Part shown: in pieces, positions 47,980 to 50,432 of the stretch | How the letters are laid out: each line of letters opens with the position of its first letter | Position numbering within the stretch: position 1 is the stretch's first letter | Origin: Clostridia bacterium | GTDB taxonomy: Bacteria; Bacillota; Clostridia; Oscillospirales; CAG-272 | Reading direction: 5' to 3' | Length of the DNA: 50,432 nt | Assembly: GCA_017414385.1 (NCBI GenBank) | Contig: JAFQMO010000124.1 | Location: 1-50,432, forward strand | Translations under genes and position numbers: made by a program | The notes under the pieces: model-generated | The model's input: the letters and a program-made list of their open reading frames with translations, nothing else | Told to the model about the DNA's origin: nothing | Database searches by the model: none

Positions 47980-48897
47980 ATGGAATGGACACAGTTGAAG
48001 GTCACATGCAGACAGGAGCATAAGGAACAGGTGTGTGCGATCATGATGCTTTTGGATAATCAGCTGATGATCGAAGATTATTCGGATATCGATATGGATA
48101 CGGTTTATGCGGATCTGATCGACGAGGGTATTCTGCAAAGCGATAAATCAAAGCTGTCTGTCAGCATTTACGTACCGGAGGATAAGAATCTCGGAGAGTA
48201 TGCGGCATTTTTGCGTGACCGTTTCCTGGCTGCTGATATTGATTTCGATCTGGAGTATGTCGGTGTAGATGAAGAGGCTTGGTCAACTGCATGGCGGAAG
48301 TACTATCATCCGACAAAAATCGGTGAAAAGCTGGTGGTCGTCCCGTTATGGGAAGAATATGCTGCAAAGGACGGAGAGATCATCGTACATATGGATCCGG
48401 GTATGGCTTTTGGAACAGGTACGCACGAGACTACGCGTCTGTGCGCTTCGCTTCTGGAAAAGTATGTAAAGCAGGGAGCTCGAATGCTGGATGTCGGAAC
48501 GGGATCCGGTATCCTTGCCATTTGCGGTTCGCTTCTTGGTGCTGCACAGGGATTTGCTTATGATATTGATCCTGTAGCTGTTCGAGTGGCAAAGGAAAAC
48601 ATGGAAGAAAACGGCGTATCCAATGTTGTATGTGAGGTCTCTGATCTTTTGAAGGATGTTGATAAAACCCGTCCGTTTACGATTTGTACGGCCAATATCG
48701 TTGCGGATATCATTATCCGTATGGCACCGGAAATCGGATCTTTTTTGAGTAATGATGCGGTTTATATTACCTCCGGTATCATTGATACAAGAAAAGACGA
48801 TGTTTTGCGTGCTATGACTGCTCATGGTTTTGTCTTGCTTGAGGAGCGTTATGAAAACGGTTGGGTCGCACTTGCGTTTTCTCCTGCGAATAACTGA
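47980..48897 (+). CDS. prmA: Ribosomal protein L11 methyltransferase
   Basis: WRKYYHP, DPGMAFGTGTHETT, LDVGTGSGIL and ANIVA motifs. Start 47980 after AAGGAG. Confidence 0.95.
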   Translation: MEWTQLKVTCRQEHKEQVCAIMMLLDNQLMIEDYSDIDMDTVYADLIDEGILQSDKSKLSVSIYVPEDKNLGEYAAFLRDRFLAADIDFDLEYVGVDEEAWSTAWRKYYHPTKIGEKLVVVPLWEEYAAKDGEIIVHMDPGMAFGTGTHETTRLCASLLEKYVKQGARMLDVGTGSGILAICGSLLGAAQGFAYDIDPVAVRVAKENMEENGVSNVVCEVSDLLKDVDKTRPFTICTANIVADIIIRMAPEIGSFLSNDAVYITSGIIDTRKDDVLRAMTAHGFVLLEERYENGWVALAFSPANN

Positions 48898-49021
48898 GAA
48901 AAATTTTCTTGTGTGTAAGCGCGTTTCCTCGTACCAAACAGAAAAAATGAAGATCATTTCCATGAATGTGTATGGTAAATGTTAAAAAAATAAAAATTAT
49001 GGATAATATCCAAAAAAACCT

Positions 49022-49050
49022 TTGACAAATTAGTTATTTTGTAGTATAAT
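49022..49050 (+). promoter_or_regulatory. Consensus sigma-A promoter upstream of rsmE
   Basis: TTGACA, 17 bp, TATAAT. Confidence 0.8.
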
Positions 49051-49147
49051 ATTTGTGAATCGTATAGAAATACGGGAATTAACTTGCGTAACTTTGATAA
49101 AATGACAAAAGCTGCGTTTGTAGTTCTGCGAAAGGATGTTTGCAAAT

Positions 49148-49912
49148 ATGGCAAGGTTTTTTCTTTCGCGTGACATGATGCGCCCGGAAACCGGGGAGAT
49201 CTCGATTTTTGGCGGTGATGCGCATCATATTGCGTATTCTTTGCGTATGGCAGTCGGTGATATGGTTATCGTTTGTGATATGCAGATGACAGAATATCAT
49301 TGTACAATCAGTGCTATTCGACCGGACGAGGTGCGTTTGCACATCGATCGGATAGAAAGCAATGATACGGAACTCCCTGTTCGAATTCATATTTATCAAT
49401 CCCTGCCAAAGGGGGATAAGATGGAGTATATCATTCAGAAGGCGGTGGAGTTGGGCGCAGCGTCCTTGACCCCGGTAATGAGCTGCCGCTGCATTGTGAA
49501 GCTTGATGATAAAGGCGTTGCAAAAAAAATGACCCGCTGGCAGAAGATTGCTGAAGAAGCTGCAAAGCAGTGCGGGCGTGGTTATATTCCCGAGATCAGA
49601 CAGCCTCGGTCCTTCGAGGATGCGATAAAGGAAGGTGCTGCGATGGATGTGCCGTTGTTCTGTTATGAGGGCGATGGAACGGTATCGCTGAAATCTGTGC
49701 TCGAGAATGTAAAATCATCTGCTCCGGTGAATGGAATGGAACAATTGTCTTCGGCTGTTTTCATTGGTCCGGAGGGCGGATATGATATCAAGGAAGTACA
49801 CCTCGCACAGTCGGCCGGAATAACTTGCGTGAATCTTGGCAAGCGGATTCTGCGATGCGAAACGGCATCAGGGTTTGTGTTGTCCGCAATGACCTATGTG
49901 TTTGAGCTTTGA
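49148..49912 (+). CDS. rsmE: 16S rRNA m3U1498 methyltransferase
   Basis: HHIAYSLR, PKGDKMEYIIQKAVELG, EAAKQCGR, IGPEGG and LGKRILRCETA motifs. Confidence 0.95.
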   Translation: MARFFLSRDMMRPETGEISIFGGDAHHIAYSLRMAVGDMVIVCDMQMTEYHCTISAIRPDEVRLHIDRIESNDTELPVRIHIYQSLPKGDKMEYIIQKAVELGAASLTPVMSCRCIVKLDDKGVAKKMTRWQKIAEEAAKQCGRGYIPEIRQPRSFEDAIKEGAAMDVPLFCYEGDGTVSLKSVLENVKSSAPVNGMEQLSSAVFIGPEGGYDIKEVHLAQSAGITCVNLGKRILRCETASGFVLSAMTYVFEL

Positions 49913-49958
49913 TTCACAGGTGCGATAAATCAAAAGACGGAAAGGATTTGTCTTGATA

Positions 49959-50432
49959 ATGGGTGAGAATAAGAAACAAGCGGTAAAAAAATCCGGAAAA
50001 CATATGATGACCAACGAAGAAAATGACTTGATGATGAACCGACTGATGTTGGTGTTTGTCGTTGCCGTTGCAATGGTGACGTTGGTTATCAACCTGAAGA
50101 ATGCGAACGGCATTCTTCGGATGTATCAGGTCGTTGCTCCTGTTATGTCTGTGTCATGCATTGCGCTGTTTTTGCTTTCTTTGGTTGTTTTTGCAATAAG
50201 GGTACACAAAAAAACAGATGACAGCAGGAAAGTTCTTACCCGATACAATGTTTTGGGAACAGGATGTGTTGCTCTGATGTGTGCGGCTGCATATGTCGTC
50301 AATGCATCGGTTGCGACAGGCTATGTGGTGGCGATCGTCATGGGGGCATGTGTACTGTATTTCATTCAGTATATTTATCCCAGAGACTTTTTTGCACTGT
50401 CGTGTTTTTGCTTGTGCGAGGGATTCTTTATA
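49959..50432 (+). CDS. Hypothetical membrane protein (runs off the window end)
   Basis: Open frame MGENKKQAVKKSGKHMMTNEENDLMMNRLMLVFVVAV... with several TM segments and no stop before the end. Confidence 0.65.
   Translation, partial: MGENKKQAVKKSGKHMMTNEENDLMMNRLMLVFVVAVAMVTLVINLKNANGILRMYQVVAPVMSVSCIALFLLSLVVFAIRVHKKTDDSRKVLTRYNVLGTGCVALMCAAAYVVNASVATGYVVAIVMGACVLYFIQYIYPRDFFALSCFCLCEGFFI

Overview
About 50 kb from a spore-forming Clostridia-like Firmicute, judged from sigma-A promoters, a T-box leader, CIRCE elements, SLH domains and a SleC homologue. Most of it is ordinary chromosomal content: T-box-regulated ileS, a DEDDh exonuclease, a 2-hydroxyacyl-CoA dehydratase activator pair, a pyridoxal kinase, a divergent UMP-kinase-like gene, a GT4 glycosyltransferase, a MoxR-DUF58-transglutaminase triad, an ECF sigma/anti-sigma pair, pcp, a split SleC locus, a Xer-like recombinase, ccdA/tlpA, secA, a Na/Pi cotransporter, htpG and hrcA-grpE-dnaK-dnaJ-prmA-rsmE. 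The standout is the left 7.3 kb. It holds a non-coding array of at least seven 23-bp bipartite direct repeats (iteron-like; the last three at 21-22 bp period), an AT-rich stretch, and a 448-aa protein with two tandem initiator-type winged helices plus a DUF6017-like C-terminus. An apparent C-rich to G-rich strand switch follows at about 2.3 kb, and a near-consensus parS palindrome lies at 7.2 kb. All of this abuts essential housekeeping genes, with no dnaA or DnaA-box cluster in view. This suggests, as inference only, a Rep/iteron-driven origin on a chromosome or chromid. Other items worth checking are a naturally split SleC, an atypical ileS T-box antiterminator and an orphan promoter-driven structured small RNA upstream of hrcA. 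All family assignments come from motif recognition by eye, not database searches.
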